A stretch of DNA of 64,000 nucleotides, from assembly GCF_964204645.1 (NCBI RefSeq), contig NC_134030.1:7544778-7608777 (forward strand). The letters run 5' to 3'. The DNA comes from Tubulanus polymorphus. Taxonomy: Eukaryota; Animalia; Nemertea. Both the position numbers and the translations under genes were made by a program. This document shows positions 61,901-64,000 of this stretch, piece by piece; positions within the stretch are counted from its first letter, which is position 1, and each line of letters opens with the position of its first letter. Under the pieces are notes generated by a model. That model saw nothing but the letters and a program-made list of their open reading frames with translations, was not told the DNA's origin and did no database searches.

Positions 61901-64000
61901 TTTCCATTTAACTACTATCTGATCATGGAGCAACGTACCAGCTGGTACCTTCATTACATACAAATGCTGGGAAAAAAAAGTAACATTATTGACGATCATG
62001 GATAAGAAAGACTATGATCATACCTGTCGACATTAAATTGAAGGGCAATGGGACAGTAGAGCAAACTGGCATTATGAAGGAAAACCAGATATTTTTGAAT
62101 GGAGAAAAAAAATATCATAGGCCCCTCACAGGGAGACAGAACAGACAGATGTGGAATAACAAATGAATGGAAATCGTTAATGATATACAATACCAAGACA
62201 TATGAACTGAGAAATGAGGTGGACAGGGACAGCTGGTACTGACAATTATCAGGTGATGACGAATTGAATACTCCATCAGCCTGTGCGCAATTTAAGTGTT
62301 ATTTCAGTTTCAGGTTTATACGCATATGTGAACGAACAAGTGAATAAGTACTTCATTATTGAATTTGCTGTAAAAAAACAGCGTTTCGCTTAATTTCCTT
62401 TTCATACATTCAGTCATAACCTACAACGAAATGTCGATAAGGTTGTACTGAAATCATCGCAGTTGAAATGACATCGATAAAAGGTGGAAGAGACATAGAG
62501 CAAGAACGGCAAGAACGAGTGGGAGTATATGATATAAACAACCTAAAGATGATGTCAATACATCTATATGAATTGGCAGGGCAATTGCCAAAATGGGAAA
62601 GTTATCAGAAATATAGAGGATGAAATTTTTAATATTTTCAAGACTATGCTATTAACTATGTAGATTAATGGTTTATCTTTGGAAGGGATGATGCACGCAA
62701 CGAGCGGAAATTGAAGATATTAATCAAATGAAAAAGTCGTGTATCATCCTCATCAACGTTCGCAATTTTCATCATCAAACTGACTTTATCAATTCAAGAC
62801 TCATCCATCTAATATAGGCGAAGTCTGAACTCGGGAAGCAGTGACGTTTAATTACAGCAGCAATTCTGTTTAGTCTGAAAACGCATTTCCAACCAGTTCA
62901 CACCTGATTAGCAGATTTTAATGTGTTGTGCAGACATGATGAGGAAATTAAATTGCAACAGGCATTATGAATATTGCCTGAACTTTCATCTCAAACTTTT
63001 AGAGGAAATTCAATAAAATATGTGATTCTATGATATCTTCAAGACATGCTATTTGAGCTGACTGAATGCTACAATTGACAGTCAAAGTCGCTGTTTATGA
63101 ACTGGTAGTTCGAATCTACTCAAAATCTTTCAAAATATGATGCATGTATTGAATTTTGTATTTTAGATAATTTCGCTGACACCAACAGTTTATCGAAAGC
63201 CTTCAGTCATATAAAATAATGTGACTCCGTGTATGGACTGGCTTTGTACTCAAAATCAGCAGTCCAGTATTTTTAGACTTTTAGATTTGTGAAAAAGTAT
63301 TTTATCTCTCAGCCCACACAAGCATATCTACGAGCTTCACACCAATGTCTGTACCTATTTACATATTTGCTAGTACTTGACTTCTGGAACACGGGCATAA
63401 AAGAAGAATATTTGACAAACGTTTTCAGAATACATAATACTACATAAACAAGTTACTATTATTGGATATGTACATAAACAAACAACACCTGTACGTGATA
63501 AACATAATAGACACAGGTATAGATCTGTACATATTGGATATGAATATTCCCTCCAGGGCTATATCATGTGTACACAGGTGCGTTGACTATGATACTCACT
63601 GTCTTGCTACCTTACGACTTTCAAAAAAAAATCTTACTACAGTCAGGTGATATTTGCGCTGTCGTAAAAATGATAAGCGCTCGGGCGTCTACCTTGCTGC
63701 GAAAATCCATTTCCTAATGAGAAAACAAATTCGATTTCGAGCCTGTTTCCTTTTAATCTGCTGTCGCCAAAGAAAAAAAGATCTGAAAAATTCCCGCATT
63801 ACTCTTAAAATTCTATTCTATGAACACAACACTTAACCGCTTAAACTCTGAACAATGCTAGTGGTTACGAGCGATGATTGGTATGCTTTGATGAAGGTAT
63901 GAACAGTCGACTATTCCCTTTCTATGCTATTATTACCAGTATTTCTCCCCCTTTCCTGCGACCGATTGACCGATATCTAAGAGCCTTTCATCTTTCTGAA

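Overview
AT-rich, intron-rich eukaryotic DNA, most likely from a bilaterian (probably spiralian) invertebrate; nothing prokaryotic is present (no rRNA, CRISPR array or operon). I built gene models by hand from GT-AG splice sites and frame continuity. (1) The 5' part of NFRKB (INO80G): 6 coding exons on the minus strand, 69-2691, running off the left edge. (2) A frameshifted rhodopsin-type, peptide-receptor-like GPCR pseudogene on the plus strand at about 5.2-6.2 kb, set among repeats. (3) A UDP-glucuronosyltransferase with an intronless CDS on the minus strand, 7194-8777. (4) A large PHLDB/LL5 (coiled-coil + C-terminal PH) gene on the minus strand, with 12 confident exons between 12027 and 37710 and a probable first coding exon at 58853-58928. 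Most short ORFs in the supplied track are spurious. The most interesting signal is hidden isoform structure in PHLDB: a 12-nt frame-preserving microexon with upstream UGC motifs, an internal start exon (MAGCWPNRKSLRSRLMARKK) that would give a short coiled-coil+PH protein, candidate PH-less terminal exons, and alternative N-termini lacking FHA. The rest is MITEs, foldback elements, LINE fragments and microsatellites. I found no firm evidence of a wholly new multi-gene system.
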